Notes under the pieces: generated by a model
Seen by the model: only the letters and a program-made list of their open reading frames with translations
What the model was told of the DNA's origin: nothing
The model's database searches: none
Assembly: GCF_002945325.1 (NCBI RefSeq)
Contig: NZ_CP026606.1
Location: 1,440,001 to 1,472,000, forward strand
Direction of reading: 5' to 3'
Origin: Methanococcus maripaludis
GTDB lineage: Archaea > AGJL01 > Methanococci > Methanococcales > Methanococcaceae
Length of the DNA stretch: 32,000 nucleotides
In this document: positions 8,314-18,610 of the stretch, piece after piece
Numbering within the stretch: the first letter of the stretch is position 1
Layout of the letters: every line of letters begins with the position of its first letter
Translations under genes and position numbers: made by a program

Positions 8314-9978
8314 TTATTCGATAGTTATTTCAAATCCAACTACTGGATGTTCGAGTTCGAAGTTTAAAATAACTTCGGGGTGTATTTCTCCAAAGAATCC
8401 AACTTCTTTTCCACTTTTAAGTATTTTTGCACATCTTCCAGCTATGAATGCTGGGTGTTCATAGTTTTCAAATTCAAAACCTTCAAAAAACTCCCTTAGG
8501 AGTGCTTCAGTTGAGCTTTTTATTTCGTTAAAGTTCGTTAAAGGGTGTGTTATTGCACCCGCAATTTTCTTGATATTTTTACACTTTGTATCAGTTTCAG
8601 TATCTTCTTCATCGATAACTACACAGTCACCAACTTCAAATATTTTTTGAGGAAGAGCATTGTGCTTGTTAATGTAAAGCGTTTCCAAAAGAAGCGGTAA
8701 AATCGAAGTTCTAAGGACCCTATGTTCAATTGAAGCAGGTTTTAAAACTTCGATATAATCTTTTTCATCCACTTTTAAATTCATCTTTTCAAACAACGTG
8801 TCTTGATTTGAAAGTGTTAAATTCATAACTTCGTAGAATCCAAGTCCAATCATTAAATCAGACATTGCACTACATTTTTTCTCAACAGGATCTTTTGAGC
8901 CGGTAGTTGCAACCGAGGGTAATTTTCCTTCGAATTTCTCATATCCATAGTTTATAGCAATTTCTTCTTTCAAATCAACGTTATGCAAGATGTCATTTCT
9001 GTATGCAGGAATTTTTACAATCAAATTTCCATCTTCATAAAGTGCATCCATTCCTGATTTTTTAACAGCCTGAATTATTTCTCCAGGATTTAAATTTAGT
9101 CCTAATTTTTTATTAATTGATTCAACGGAAATTATTCTTGATTTTGGAGTCAAATCTGGATATTTTTTCCCGTTAACATCTACTGAAACAATGGTTCCGC
9201 GTCTTTCTGCAAGTGCACAGACGATAATGTTTAGTGTTTCTTCAACCGCTTCTTTTTCAGTTCCGGTAATGTCAATAAGTAAATTTTTAGATGTTGGGGT
9301 TACTTTTGTTAATGTTCCATTGATTATTGGAGGCATTGAAAGAACTTCGCCATTTACATCGACAATAATTGGGAATTTATCGTCTTGAATTAAATGGGCG
9401 TATTTTATTCCTTTTTCGTGTTTTTCAATAATTTCTCTAGGTGTCATTTCTTCGTTTTCATAACCTAATGGAACAAATTTAATTTCATCCCCTTTGATTT
9501 CTTTGTAAGTAAATGGAGCTTTTACTTTATCGAAGTCGTGAATTCCAATTGCAAGTTTCTTTCTATCTCTTCCAATTGCCCAGTGTAATTTTTCCTGAAG
9601 GTTTATCATGCTTTCAAGGACAAGGTCATCCATTAAAACATTTTTAACAAGTGCAAATGCGACATAAGGTCTTGTTTCATTTTCTTCAACAGTTACTTTA
9701 ATGTCTGAATCAATCACTTCAAATTCTTGGATTCCTGTAGTAATTCCCATAAATCCTCTAAAACCTCTTGCAAGGCCTTCAACACTTAAATAATCTGGCC
9801 TATCAGGATTTATTGAAAACTGCACCATGTTCTGTTTTTTCCCGTTTTTATCGACTTCTTCGAATATTTCTTCTACTTCAACACCCATCATTGGGAATCT
9901 ATCTTCTATTAATTTGTCCGAAAGCGAAATATTGCTCAATCGTTCCAAATCTACTTTATTCACGTTAATTGTAGGCAC
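8314..9978 (-). CDS. pheT: Phenylalanine--tRNA ligase beta subunit (archaeal type)
   Basis: The length and sequence (PTINVNKVDLERL..., B3/4 and B5 regions, C-terminal catalytic-like fold) are characteristic. GTG 9978 is preferred (GGGTGA-N5-GTG) over GTG 9987, which lies inside that SD. Confidence 0.93.
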   Translation of the reverse strand: MPTINVNKVDLERLSNISLSDKLIEDRFPMMGVEVEEIFEEVDKNGKKQNMVQFSINPDRPDYLSVEGLARGFRGFMGITTGIQEFEVIDSDIKVTVEENETRPYVAFALVKNVLMDDLVLESMINLQEKLHWAIGRDRKKLAIGIHDFDKVKAPFTYKEIKGDEIKFVPLGYENEEMTPREIIEKHEKGIKYAHLIQDDKFPIIVDVNGEVLSMPPIINGTLTKVTPTSKNLLIDITGTEKEAVEETLNIIVCALAERRGTIVSVDVNGKKYPDLTPKSRIISVESINKKLGLNLNPGEIIQAVKKSGMDALYEDGNLIVKIPAYRNDILHNVDLKEEIAINYGYEKFEGKLPSVATTGSKDPVEKKCSAMSDLMIGLGFYEVMNLTLSNQDTLFEKMNLKVDEKDYIEVLKPASIEHRVLRTSILPLLLETLYINKHNALPQKIFEVGDCVVIDEEDTETDTKCKNIKKIAGAITHPLTNFNEIKSSTEALLREFFEGFEFENYEHPAFIAGRCAKILKSGKEVGFFGEIHPEVILNFELEHPVVGFEITIE

Positions 9979-10018
9979 AGTATTCACCCATATTTTTAAT
10001 TTAAACGTATATTCTAAA

Positions 10019-11068
10019 TTATTCCATTATCATTTTTTTGTTATTGTATTCGACTAAAACTGTTTCTTTTTTAGTTTCGCCATTTACTTCAACGCTGTCT
10101 TCGATTTTTCCAATTACAAATGCAGGAATGTTGTGGTGGTTTGATATTTCAATTATTTTTTCTGCATCTTCCTTTTCAACAATTACACAAAATCCAATGC
10201 CCATATTGAATGTTTTAAACATTTCTTCATCTGCTACATTTCCTAAATTCTGCATTTCTTTAAATATTGGAAGAATTTCGGGTAATTCATCGATTTTGTA
10301 ACATACTTCTTTGTTTAATCTTTTTAATTTTCTAAAACCGCCGCCAGTAATGTGTGCGAGTCCTTTTACATTCACTTGTTTAATCATTTCTAAAACTGGT
10401 TTCACGTAAATTTTTGTAGGGGTTAAAAGCTCTTCAGCAACTGTTTTTCCGTGTGATAATTTGCTGTTAACGTTGAGGTTTGCGATATCGAAAAATACTT
10501 TTCTTGCAAGTGATAAACCGTTACTGTGAATTCCACTGCTTCTTAAACCAACGATTAAATCACCAGGTTTTACTTCTTTTCCAGATACGATTTCATCTTT
10601 TTTAACAACTGCAAGAACAGTTCCTGCCAAATCTACTCCTTTAATCATGTTTGGAAGTGATGCAGTTTCTCCACCGATTAAATTGATGTTTGATTCTTTT
10701 ATTCCGTCATTCAATCCTTTTCCAATTTGTGATGCAATGTCTTCTGTGATATCTTCAACAGCCATGTAGTCAACGAGAGCAACTGGTTCTGCTCCAATAC
10801 AAATTGCATCGTTTACGTTCATTGCAATCATGTCAATTGGAACGGTGTCGAATTTGTTTGCCATTTCCGCAACAACCATTTTACTTCCAACACCATCAGT
10901 ACAGAGCACTAAATAATAATCTCCAAATTCAATAGCTCCTGCATAGTGTCCTTTTAAATCAGCAGGTTTTATTGCATCAGTTCGTTCAAATTTAATTTGT
11001 GAAGCAAGCGCCCTTATGACCTTGTCTTCTTTATAAATATCCACACCAGCGTCTTTGTAAGTTACCAA
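10019..11068 (-). CDS. purM: Phosphoribosylformylglycinamidine cyclo-ligase (AIR synthetase)
   Basis: VTYKDAGVDI N-terminus, DGVGSK and GGETA motifs. TTG start with AGGTGG 4 nt upstream. Confidence 0.95.
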   Translation of the reverse strand: MVTYKDAGVDIYKEDKVIRALASQIKFERTDAIKPADLKGHYAGAIEFGDYYLVLCTDGVGSKMVVAEMANKFDTVPIDMIAMNVNDAICIGAEPVALVDYMAVEDITEDIASQIGKGLNDGIKESNINLIGGETASLPNMIKGVDLAGTVLAVVKKDEIVSGKEVKPGDLIVGLRSSGIHSNGLSLARKVFFDIANLNVNSKLSHGKTVAEELLTPTKIYVKPVLEMIKQVNVKGLAHITGGGFRKLKRLNKEVCYKIDELPEILPIFKEMQNLGNVADEEMFKTFNMGIGFCVIVEKEDAEKIIEISNHHNIPAFVIGKIEDSVEVNGETKKETVLVEYNNKKMIME

Positions 11069-11130
11069 AATACCACCTTAAAAATAAATGAATAAATGTT
11101 TTTCTCTATTGTAATCTGCCTTTATTAATT

Positions 11131-12030
11131 TTAAACTTTACTTATCTCTTTCCTTAAAAGAACGTTATCGCCTTCACATACTCCAACGTGTTCGGCAACA
11201 GGCTCACATTTTGCCTTTAAAATATAATAAACCGGAATTTTTTCAGAGTTTTGTCCGTGTTTTTCTTCATATTCGGTTAAACTTTCGTAATTTCCCATTC
11301 CTTTTGCAATAACAAAATCAGAACTGTTTAATTCATTTATGAATTCTTTTGAAGATTCTTCAAACCTTATTCCAATTGCATCAGTTCCGCTTGTAATTAC
11401 TTTTGTTACTTGGTCGATTCCTGCGGTTTTAACGTCTTCGAGTGTTGCATCGTTTAATATTGGACTTCCTTTAACCGAAACAACAACTTCAACATAATTT
11501 TTAAGTTCTTTTATTAATGGAAGATCAAAAACAATTTCTCCCGCATTGTCGCAAGTGTAAAATACTTTTTTTGAATTTTTAAGTTCATTTAATAATTCTT
11601 CACTAAAATCAATATCTAATTTTCCATCAAGTGTTGATTTTACCATATTTTCGATATTGACTCCTGTACTATACGGGCCAAAATCAATTACGTTTCCTGC
11701 AATTGCTAATTTTACTTTTTTCTGCAATCTTTCAAGTTCATCATCACTTTCAAGTAATTTTTCAACATCATTTAGGTATTTAAGAGCAAATTCGTTTGCA
11801 ACATCTTTTAAATTTTTGTAAGGGTCGCTATTTTTAGTCATTTCTTTTATGTATCTGTGAATTTCAGTACCCATAAATGATGGAACGGATGATTCACCAT
11901 ACATTTCGGAGATTTTTTCGAGTCCCCAACTTATAATTTTGAACTGTTCAGCTTTATCATCAGTTATTTCTTTTGCAACATCTACAACTTGCCGTGTAAT
12001 GCAGAGTGCGCATTCTGGTTTAATTCTCAA
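11131..12030 (-). CDS. DUF89 / ARMT1-like damage-control phosphatase family protein
   Basis: N-terminal KPECALCITRQ, CDNAGEIVFD and AKGMGNYE motifs are typical of DUF89. TTG start with GGTGAT 5 nt upstream. Confidence 0.8.
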   Translation of the reverse strand: MRIKPECALCITRQVVDVAKEITDDKAEQFKIISWGLEKISEMYGESSVPSFMGTEIHRYIKEMTKNSDPYKNLKDVANEFALKYLNDVEKLLESDDELERLQKKVKLAIAGNVIDFGPYSTGVNIENMVKSTLDGKLDIDFSEELLNELKNSKKVFYTCDNAGEIVFDLPLIKELKNYVEVVVSVKGSPILNDATLEDVKTAGIDQVTKVITSGTDAIGIRFEESSKEFINELNSSDFVIAKGMGNYESLTEYEEKHGQNSEKIPVYYILKAKCEPVAEHVGVCEGDNVLLRKEISKV

Positions 12031-12150
12031 AAGTCATCACCGGTAATGTAATAATCAAATTTGAAAAATAATAGTAAATATCACTATAAAAAATAAATGC
12101 CATTAAAAAAATAAAAATATAAAAAAAGTTAGTAATTTTTCAGTTATTAT

Positions 12151-12990
12151 CTATTTTTTGTAAATGCACTTTACAATATCTTTTTCAGTAATTAATCCAA
12201 TGAGTTTTTCCCCATCAACTACAGGGAGTACCCCAATATTTAATTCGTTCATCTTTTTAATTGCATCAATTAATTTAATATCCGAAGTTACTGAAACAAT
12301 ATCTGTTTTCATAATGTCCTGTATTCTTACGTTCGTAATTTCTCGAATATTTCCTGTTTTCATGTGGTTAAATGCCCAGTCACTTCCAAATAATTTTACA
12401 AAGTCCGTTGAAGTGATTATACCAACTAATTTTTCTTCAGAAACCACGGGAAGTCTTCTAAATCCATTTCTAAGCATTGTTCGTGCAACATCCTTTAATC
12501 TTTCCCCAGGTGTTGCAGATACTACGTTTTCAGTCATGCAGTCTTTTACAAGAAGCTTTTCGTCAACCTGGTCTTTTAAATATTTTATAACGTCCCTTTC
12601 GTTAATGGTGGTAATTAAAACGCCTGATTTATCAATTACGGGCATTCCACCAATTTTTTTTTCAACATATAAATCAATTACTTCATTTAATTCTGCATTC
12701 TCCTTTATTAATACCACATTGTCGGTCATTATTTCTTTCACAGGCTCGTTGATAGCAGAAAGCATGTTGTGATTGTGTTTGAACTTTACGAGGTTATATT
12801 TAGAGCCTCCTCCGAGAAAGTCCACAATATCCATGTTCGTCAAAATTCCTTCTACCCTTCCAGTTCCCGGATCTGCAACACATATCCTTCTGACGTTTTC
12901 TTTATCCATCATTGTGAGTGCTTCAATAATTTTTGTTGTAGGGTATACTTTTTCGACTTTTTTTTCGCCGACAATGGTTTTTATTTTCAA
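12151..12990 (-). CDS. Protein with four CBS motifs (two Bateman modules)
   Basis: It shows four repeats of the CBS pattern (...RRLPVV, GGMPVID, GVLPVVD...). I prefer TTG 12990 (GAGGG-N6-TTG, 22 nt after the upstream stop) over ATG 13041, which has no SD and overlaps the upstream gene by 29 nt. Confidence 0.8.
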   Translation of the reverse strand: MKIKTIVGEKKVEKVYPTTKIIEALTMMDKENVRRICVADPGTGRVEGILTNMDIVDFLGGGSKYNLVKFKHNHNMLSAINEPVKEIMTDNVVLIKENAELNEVIDLYVEKKIGGMPVIDKSGVLITTINERDVIKYLKDQVDEKLLVKDCMTENVVSATPGERLKDVARTMLRNGFRRLPVVSEEKLVGIITSTDFVKLFGSDWAFNHMKTGNIREITNVRIQDIMKTDIVSVTSDIKLIDAIKKMNELNIGVLPVVDGEKLIGLITEKDIVKCIYKK

Positions 12991-13012
12991 AATATCCCTC
13001 TTTTTTAGATAA

Positions 13013-13573
13013 TTACTCTTCTTCGCCTTCAGAATCTTCATTGCAGTTTTTACAGATGTATCTTCCGTTGATGTAATTTACACTGTCTGTACTTCCGCAA
13101 ATTTCACAAATCCCTTCAATTTCCTCATTTTTCGAGTACGGGTATTCTGAATTATGAATCTCGTTTGTTTCGACCATAATGTTGAAAAGTTCAGGAGATA
13201 GTTTTGTAATGTCGCTTACTGTAACTATTCCAAGTAACTCATCACCATCGATTACAGGGAGTCTTTTTACATTTTCCGCGTCCATTTTTCTAGCTGCATC
13301 CATCAGCGTAGATTTTGGAGCAATTGCTATTAATTTTGAAGAGGAAATTTCTTCAACAATTACTTCTTTTGATTTTAAATTCCTTGAAACAACTCCGAGT
13401 GCTAAATCCCTTTCTGTTATGATACCTACCGGTTTTCCAGCATCGTTTAACACTACTAAACATCCGATTCCTTTGTCTTTAAGGATATTTGCCACGTCGT
13501 AAGCTGTGGTATCCAATGTTACAGTGGCTACCGGAGTACTCATGGCTTCAGTTACTGAAAGCTCCAGGTTCAT
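13013..13573 (-). CDS. CBS-pair protein with a C-terminal zinc ribbon
   Basis: Two CBS motifs are followed by CEICG...x11...CKNC. SD GGTGAT lies 3 nt before the ATG. Confidence 0.8.
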   Translation of the reverse strand: MNLELSVTEAMSTPVATVTLDTTAYDVANILKDKGIGCLVVLNDAGKPVGIITERDLALGVVSRNLKSKEVIVEEISSSKLIAIAPKSTLMDAARKMDAENVKRLPVIDGDELLGIVTVSDITKLSPELFNIMVETNEIHNSEYPYSKNEEIEGICEICGSTDSVNYINGRYICKNCNEDSEGEEE

Positions 13574-13663
13574 GTTATCACCAGGTTTAGAAAATAATCA
13601 TGCTAAAAGTGTGCAAATTATAATTTATATAAATTTTTATTTGATTTTACGCCTTTTACACTA

Positions 13664-14167
13664 TTATTTCAAGTGTAGGGTGTATCTTGCACCCTGTCCA
13701 ATTCCTTCATTTACTGTAGTTTCAATCCATTCGATCGACTTTTCAAGATCCATTTTTTGAAGCTTATCTTCAATATAGTTCGTAAAGTAAATGGATAGGT
13801 CTTCTGCAGTAGTTGATTTTAAAGGGAGTAAATTAATGTCCTCTACGGGAAACATGTATTTTTTTACATTTCCCGATTTTTCAACGTATTCTAAGTAGAT
13901 TGAATCTCCTTCCATTGAATATTCCATATTTTCATGGTCTCTTGGAACAAGCAGTTTATGGTCGAGTTCACTGCAAAGTTCTTTTACAATCTGTTTTAAT
14001 ATTTTAAAATCACAGACAAATCCAAATTCTCCTGATGGCTCCCCAGAGAGTTTTACGTCTACATAATAAGAGTGGCCGTGAATTACTCCGCAGCTGTCAT
14101 GTCCAAATACAATGTGTGCTGCTGAAAATCGGAGCCCTGCATAAATTCCGTTTAATTCTAAAATCAT
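13664..14167 (-). CDS. queD: 6-carboxytetrahydropterin / 6-pyruvoyl-tetrahydropterin synthase family protein (QueD-like)
   Basis: FSAAH and the CGVIHGHSY (CxxxHGH) signature. ATG 14167 is preferred (GGAGG upstream) over the 20-codon longer ORF. Confidence 0.7.
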   Translation of the reverse strand: MILELNGIYAGLRFSAAHIVFGHDSCGVIHGHSYYVDVKLSGEPSGEFGFVCDFKILKQIVKELCSELDHKLLVPRDHENMEYSMEGDSIYLEYVEKSGNVKKYMFPVEDINLLPLKSTTAEDLSIYFTNYIEDKLQKMDLEKSIEWIETTVNEGIGQGARYTLHLK

Positions 14168-14259
14168 AGTAGTCCTCCTTATTCTATAATTGATACTATA
14201 CATATAGGAGTATAAAAAATAATTCAAAATAGCATTAATTTCAAAAATTAAAAAAAGTA

Positions 14260-15078
14260 TTAAATTAAGTTTTTATTGTTTTCAATTGCTGCGTAAAGCT
14301 GTCCTTTTGGTTTTGTGTTTACGTAGTCTCCGCTGAATTTTATAAATGTTCCTTTCAACTGAGTTCCAGCATCTTTTTTAGATAATTTAACGAGTGGATC
14401 TTCAACTATTCCTTCGAATTTAAATGATGGAAGCGGTTCTAAGATTTTACCGTAAACTACGATAGCACCTTTCATCATTTCTCCACCAGCTCTTCCTTCA
14501 ATATCTCCTTCGATGATAATCATACCGCCGTTTTGGTGAATTCCAGGCATTATTTTTGTGTTACCTTTAATAACAATCGTTCCACCTTTCAGGTACTCTC
14601 CAAGTTCGGATCCAGCATTACCAGTAATGGTAATTTTTCCACCGCTCATTCCTCTCCAGTCGCCCCTGTATGCAGAACCTACGTAGTTTTCAGCGTTTCC
14701 GTTGATGATGATTTCTCCGCCTTTAAGGTTTTGACCTACCCAGCTTTCAGCATCACCATTTACAGTAATTTTTCCGCCTTTCATTTCGACTCCAACGTAC
14801 ATTCCAGCGTCCCCGTTTACAACGATTTCGCCGGATGTCATTTTTTCGCCGATTCTTTTAACTTTTTTACAGCAATTGTTAATTGTTACTTTTGAAACAG
14901 GGCTTTCTTTGAGTTCAACGTCAAAGATTTCGCTTACTTTAGCAGTTTTGTTTCCCTGTATTAATTCAATTCCAGAAATTTCTTCTAAACTCATTTCTTG
15001 AATTTTTTCAGGAATTATTTTGTCCATTTCAACAGGGACTGATACATCGCCCTTCAAATTAAGAATTAATTCATTCAT
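14260..15078 (-). CDS. fwdC: Formylmethanofuran dehydrogenase subunit C
   Basis: Repeated beta-helix motif GG(K/E)I(T/I)(V/I)NG(D/N)A..(Y/W)VG as in FwdC/FmdC. AGGTGA lies 4 nt before the ATG. Confidence 0.9.
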   Translation of the reverse strand: MNELILNLKGDVSVPVEMDKIIPEKIQEMSLEEISGIELIQGNKTAKVSEIFDVELKESPVSKVTINNCCKKVKRIGEKMTSGEIVVNGDAGMYVGVEMKGGKITVNGDAESWVGQNLKGGEIIINGNAENYVGSAYRGDWRGMSGGKITITGNAGSELGEYLKGGTIVIKGNTKIMPGIHQNGGMIIIEGDIEGRAGGEMMKGAIVVYGKILEPLPSFKFEGIVEDPLVKLSKKDAGTQLKGTFIKFSGDYVNTKPKGQLYAAIENNKNLI

Positions 15079-15111
15079 AATTTCACCTTAAAAAGATTAA
15101 ATAAGATTTCC

Positions 15112-16815
15112 TTATTGTATTTCCGTAGCATCAATGTTTATTGGCATCCAGCTGTTTGCGTAAGCATCTTGAACTGGGTAGTTTTCCATATTTACGGAAT
15201 AGAGTTTTTTAAACTTCATGTTGAGGTCTTTTAAAAGTTCTGCTTCTAAACTCTCGTTTATCTCTGCATTTACAAAGATTGTATCTCCGTAAACTTCTTT
15301 TACAACATTTCCGTTCTTTACAACTACATCGCCGTCTTTTAAAACATAAGCTGCTTCGAGGAATGCTTTTTCTATCTTTTTACCTGATTTTTCTTCAGGG
15401 TCGATGTCGTATATTGAAATGTCTGCTTTAGCACCAACGCCCAAATGGCCTCTGTCGCCGCTTAAACCAAGTACTTTTGATGAGTTTGCTCTTGTTATCT
15501 GTGCAATGTCATACATTGAGTATTCTCTGTCGGTTTCAGTTATATGGCTTTTTTCTGCAGCCCATTTGTGAACCCTATTTTGAATCCAGTCATCTCTGTA
15601 TTCTTTGCTAAGTAACCAAGCGATAACTCTCGGGTATCTTATGAATGGTCCTGCATTAGGGTGGTCAGTTGTTAAAATCAATTTTTCAGGGTTTGTATAG
15701 AGGAAAATGTCTAAACCAATAGCCCACTGGAGGGAATAAACTGGTCCTTTTGGTGAGTAGATAAATGGAACAACACCTGAACCGGTTTCAAGTTCAACGT
15801 CACAGTTTGCCCATTTAAGGCCATTTGTCATGTGAAGATCGTATTCCATTGGTCCGTCAGCAGTCATGGTTGTAGTTTCATCAAGTGTAACTTGACCAAC
15901 ATCAATCATTACGTGTTTGTGTTTGTTCACGTAATCTGCAGTTTCTACTCCTTTACTTACACAGTCTTTCCATGAAGTTCCACCGTATGAGTGGAATTGG
16001 AGGTGCGTGTTATAGTAAACAGTATCTCTGTCGCCGAATTTTGGTTTAGCTTTGATATCTTTTACACAGTCCATTGTATCAATGGTGGTTTCCCAGTTTC
16101 CTGGGTGACCGAGGTTATTTGGGTGTACGTGAACGGAATGAGGTAACCCGAGCATTTCGTTTACTTTTGTAAGTCCTGTTACGATTTCTCTTGGTGTAAT
16201 TCCAAAGTATGGGACTTCGTCATCTAACCCGTGTACGTTTTTACCCCAACCCCAAGCTTCTGTTCCGCCAGGGTTTACGATTTTTATTGCAAATCCTTTT
16301 GTTACTCTTAAAAGCCATGCAACGTATGCAGCACACATACTCAAATCGCCGTTTTTCAAGTACTCAAGTACCATCCAGCTGTTACCAAATAATGGCATTG
16401 CAGCTTTGTCAATTTGTGGTAAATCCATAAATTCTTCGTGTGTGTGTCTTGCAACAAGCGGAGGCATAGCTGCTTCGATAACTGTTGTGTAACCCATACC
16501 TGAGTATTGGTAACCTGTTTTGAATGTCGAAGGTATTGAAAATCCTGATCCTTGTCTCAATCCTTCTTTTGAAAATAGATCTTTTTTACTGTCTTCAGGT
16601 CTTAATGTCCTTCCAGTATTTACTTTAGCTCCTGCAATGTGGCTGTGTGAATCAACACCGCCTGCCATTACTACTTTATTATTTGCATCAATTTCTAAAG
16701 CATTTTTTGATACAGATTCTACGATTTTTCCGTCTTTCACGCAGATATCCATCTTTTCTCCGTTGACCTTGTTTAATGGGTCAAAGACGGTACCATTTCT
16801 TATGATATATTCCAT
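15112..16815 (-). CDS. fwdA: Formylmethanofuran dehydrogenase subunit A (amidohydrolase)
   Basis: Amidohydrolase metal motif GGVDSHSHI, appropriate length, and position between fwdD and fwdC. ATG 16815 is preferred (GGGTGAT upstream, 22 nt after the fwdD stop). Confidence 0.9.
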   Translation of the reverse strand: MEYIIRNGTVFDPLNKVNGEKMDICVKDGKIVESVSKNALEIDANNKVVMAGGVDSHSHIAGAKVNTGRTLRPEDSKKDLFSKEGLRQGSGFSIPSTFKTGYQYSGMGYTTVIEAAMPPLVARHTHEEFMDLPQIDKAAMPLFGNSWMVLEYLKNGDLSMCAAYVAWLLRVTKGFAIKIVNPGGTEAWGWGKNVHGLDDEVPYFGITPREIVTGLTKVNEMLGLPHSVHVHPNNLGHPGNWETTIDTMDCVKDIKAKPKFGDRDTVYYNTHLQFHSYGGTSWKDCVSKGVETADYVNKHKHVMIDVGQVTLDETTTMTADGPMEYDLHMTNGLKWANCDVELETGSGVVPFIYSPKGPVYSLQWAIGLDIFLYTNPEKLILTTDHPNAGPFIRYPRVIAWLLSKEYRDDWIQNRVHKWAAEKSHITETDREYSMYDIAQITRANSSKVLGLSGDRGHLGVGAKADISIYDIDPEEKSGKKIEKAFLEAAYVLKDGDVVVKNGNVVKEVYGDTIFVNAEINESLEAELLKDLNMKFKKLYSVNMENYPVQDAYANSWMPINIDATEIQ

Positions 16816-16837
16816 GAGATCACCCAAAATATTCCAG

Positions 16838-17224
16838 TTATTCAATGTATGCTTTTCTCATTAAATCAGACATTAAAAGTACTTCTTCGTCAGTTTTTTC
16901 AACTTCTACTTCAAGAGGCCCTTTGAAAGAAGGCATTGCAGTACTTTCAGTATCTGGTAAAACAACTCTGTTTGCCCAAGGTCCCATTGGGATAAATATC
17001 ATTCCAAGAGGCGCTGGCTGGTCAGTTGTAATTGCATTTACTGCAACATCACCGTATTCTGAAATTACTTTTATTGCATCGCCATCTTTAACGCCCAATG
17101 CATCCATGTCTTCTGGGTTCATGTAGCAGACTGCTGCAGCTTTTCTGTACATTTCAAGGTTCTTTCCAGCTTCAATGGCTTCGCCTTGCCAGATGGTTCG
17201 TCCCGTATTTAGCATAAATTTCAT
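16838..17224 (-). CDS. fwdD: Formylmethanofuran dehydrogenase subunit D
   Basis: A small molybdopterin-dinucleotide-binding-domain-like protein (LNTGRTIWQGE..., VNPEDMDALGVKDGD) in the fwd operon. Confidence 0.88.
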   Translation of the reverse strand: MKFMLNTGRTIWQGEAIEAGKNLEMYRKAAAVCYMNPEDMDALGVKDGDAIKVISEYGDVAVNAITTDQPAPLGMIFIPMGPWANRVVLPDTESTAMPSFKGPLEVEVEKTDEEVLLMSDLMRKAYIE

Positions 17225-17264
17225 AATATCACCAACAATAGATAAGATATGCTTAAAATCTTAG

Positions 17265-17507
17265 TTATTTTACAATAACTAATTTAATGGCATCAACAGG
17301 GCATGCTTCAATACATGCACCGCATCCACCGCATAAGTCCCCGTTTACGATGGATACAACACCATTTTCTACTCTCATAATTAATTTTTCATCACTGCTT
17401 GGTCCTTTGCCACCATATACATCAGGATCTTGTGCGTTTACAGGGCATGCAACAACACAGTTTCCGCATCCGTGACATTTTTCAGGATATACTTCGAGTT
17501 TGTACAT
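17265..17507 (-). CDS. fwdG: Formylmethanofuran dehydrogenase subunit G (2x[4Fe-4S] ferredoxin)
   Basis: Two CxxCxxCxxxCP motifs (CHGCGNCVVACP and CGGCGACIEACP). ATG 17507 is preferred (AGGTGAT upstream). Confidence 0.8.
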   Translation of the reverse strand: MYKLEVYPEKCHGCGNCVVACPVNAQDPDVYGGKGPSSDEKLIMRVENGVVSIVNGDLCGGCGACIEACPVDAIKLVIVK

Positions 17508-17529
17508 TAAATCACCTATAATATTCAAA

Positions 17530-18588
17530 TTATTTCATTAATTTTGAGAAAGCTTTTTTCCATGCAGGTGCATTTGCTTCGGTCATATTTATTTTTGTTC
17601 TTTTAACTGTTAATGCATCAACAGGGCATGAATGCGTACATGCACCACATAAAATACATACATCCTGATTAACTACAACATTAGGTACTTTGTCTCCCTG
17701 TTTTTCAGGTTGAGGGAATACAAGTGCGTTACATGGACAAACTGAAATACATGCACCACAAGCGTTACATGCAGGCTCATCGATGATTAATTCTCCTTCA
17801 AATGGTTTTTCAACTTCTATTGCGTCAGCAGGACAGATGTTTGCACACCATCCACAGGATACACAGAGGTCTTTGTCGATGTTTGTTTGTCCTTTGATTT
17901 CGCCGTAGAGTTCTGGCTTTTTAATTTTGCTTGCAAGTGGACATTTGTAACAAATTGCTTCAATTGCATTGTGCGGACATGCTTTTTCACATACTTTACA
18001 GTACACACAAGCGTCTAAGTCTATTTTAATATCTGCAATTGGATTTAAGCTTAAAGCGTTCATGTCGTTTGGAATTAATTCAATTGCATCAGCAGGACAG
18101 TATTCAGCACAAATTCCACATAAAACACAATCATCTTTTTTAATTGTGATTTCTCCTAATACTAAGGATTTTCTTTCAGGAACTTCTCTTTCAACGTCAA
18201 TAGCACATTGAGGGCATACTAATTCACACTGTTCACATAAAACACATTTGGATTGATTTAATTCAATTCCTCTTTTGATTTTAGGGTACTGTGGCATTTC
18301 AGTGATTGGTTTGTCGTTAATGCTTAATTTAACAGCATCGAATGGACATGCACATGCACACATACCGCACAAAACACATTTTTCTGAGATGTCTAATTTT
18401 GGAGCATCAATGTCCCCTTTAAAAATAGCACCTAATGGCCCCATTTCTATAGCGCTTGTAGGACAGATTTCGCTACAAATACCGCAACCAACGCAGGTAC
18501 AGTCGTCCCATTTCAAGACTCTTTTTTCAACGCCAGATCTTGAAATTTCAATGACGCCATCATTTTCGTCTTTTTTGAAGTTTTTCAT
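17530..18588 (-). CDS. fwdF: Polyferredoxin, formylmethanofuran dehydrogenase subunit F
   Basis: Eight CxxCxxCxxxCP motifs counted by hand. GGGAGG SD upstream of the ATG. Confidence 0.85.
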   Translation of the reverse strand: MKNFKKDENDGVIEISRSGVEKRVLKWDDCTCVGCGICSEICPTSAIEMGPLGAIFKGDIDAPKLDISEKCVLCGMCACACPFDAVKLSINDKPITEMPQYPKIKRGIELNQSKCVLCEQCELVCPQCAIDVEREVPERKSLVLGEITIKKDDCVLCGICAEYCPADAIELIPNDMNALSLNPIADIKIDLDACVYCKVCEKACPHNAIEAICYKCPLASKIKKPELYGEIKGQTNIDKDLCVSCGWCANICPADAIEVEKPFEGELIIDEPACNACGACISVCPCNALVFPQPEKQGDKVPNVVVNQDVCILCGACTHSCPVDALTVKRTKINMTEANAPAWKKAFSKLMK

Positions 18589-18610
18589 TGTACTTCCTCC
18601 CTAATTTCGA

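Noticed and set aside
12164-12772. A 202-aa ORF on the plus strand, antisense to the four-CBS gene. Similar antisense ORFs lie at 5013-5423, 6679-6984, 13179-13502, 14533-14895, 16520-16864, 18275-18938 and 21429-21860.
   Set aside because: Each lies entirely opposite a well-supported conserved gene. They have Ser/Phe/Ile/Thr-rich low-complexity composition typical of the antisense frame of AT-rich coding DNA, and they lack SD sites and recognisable motifs.
17530-18588. Periodic repetition that could be mistaken for a DNA repeat array or CRISPR.
   Set aside because: The periodicity is at the protein level, from eight CxxCxxCxxxCP ferredoxin motifs of the polyferredoxin. The nucleotide sequences of the units differ, and there are no spacer-repeat structure or cas genes.
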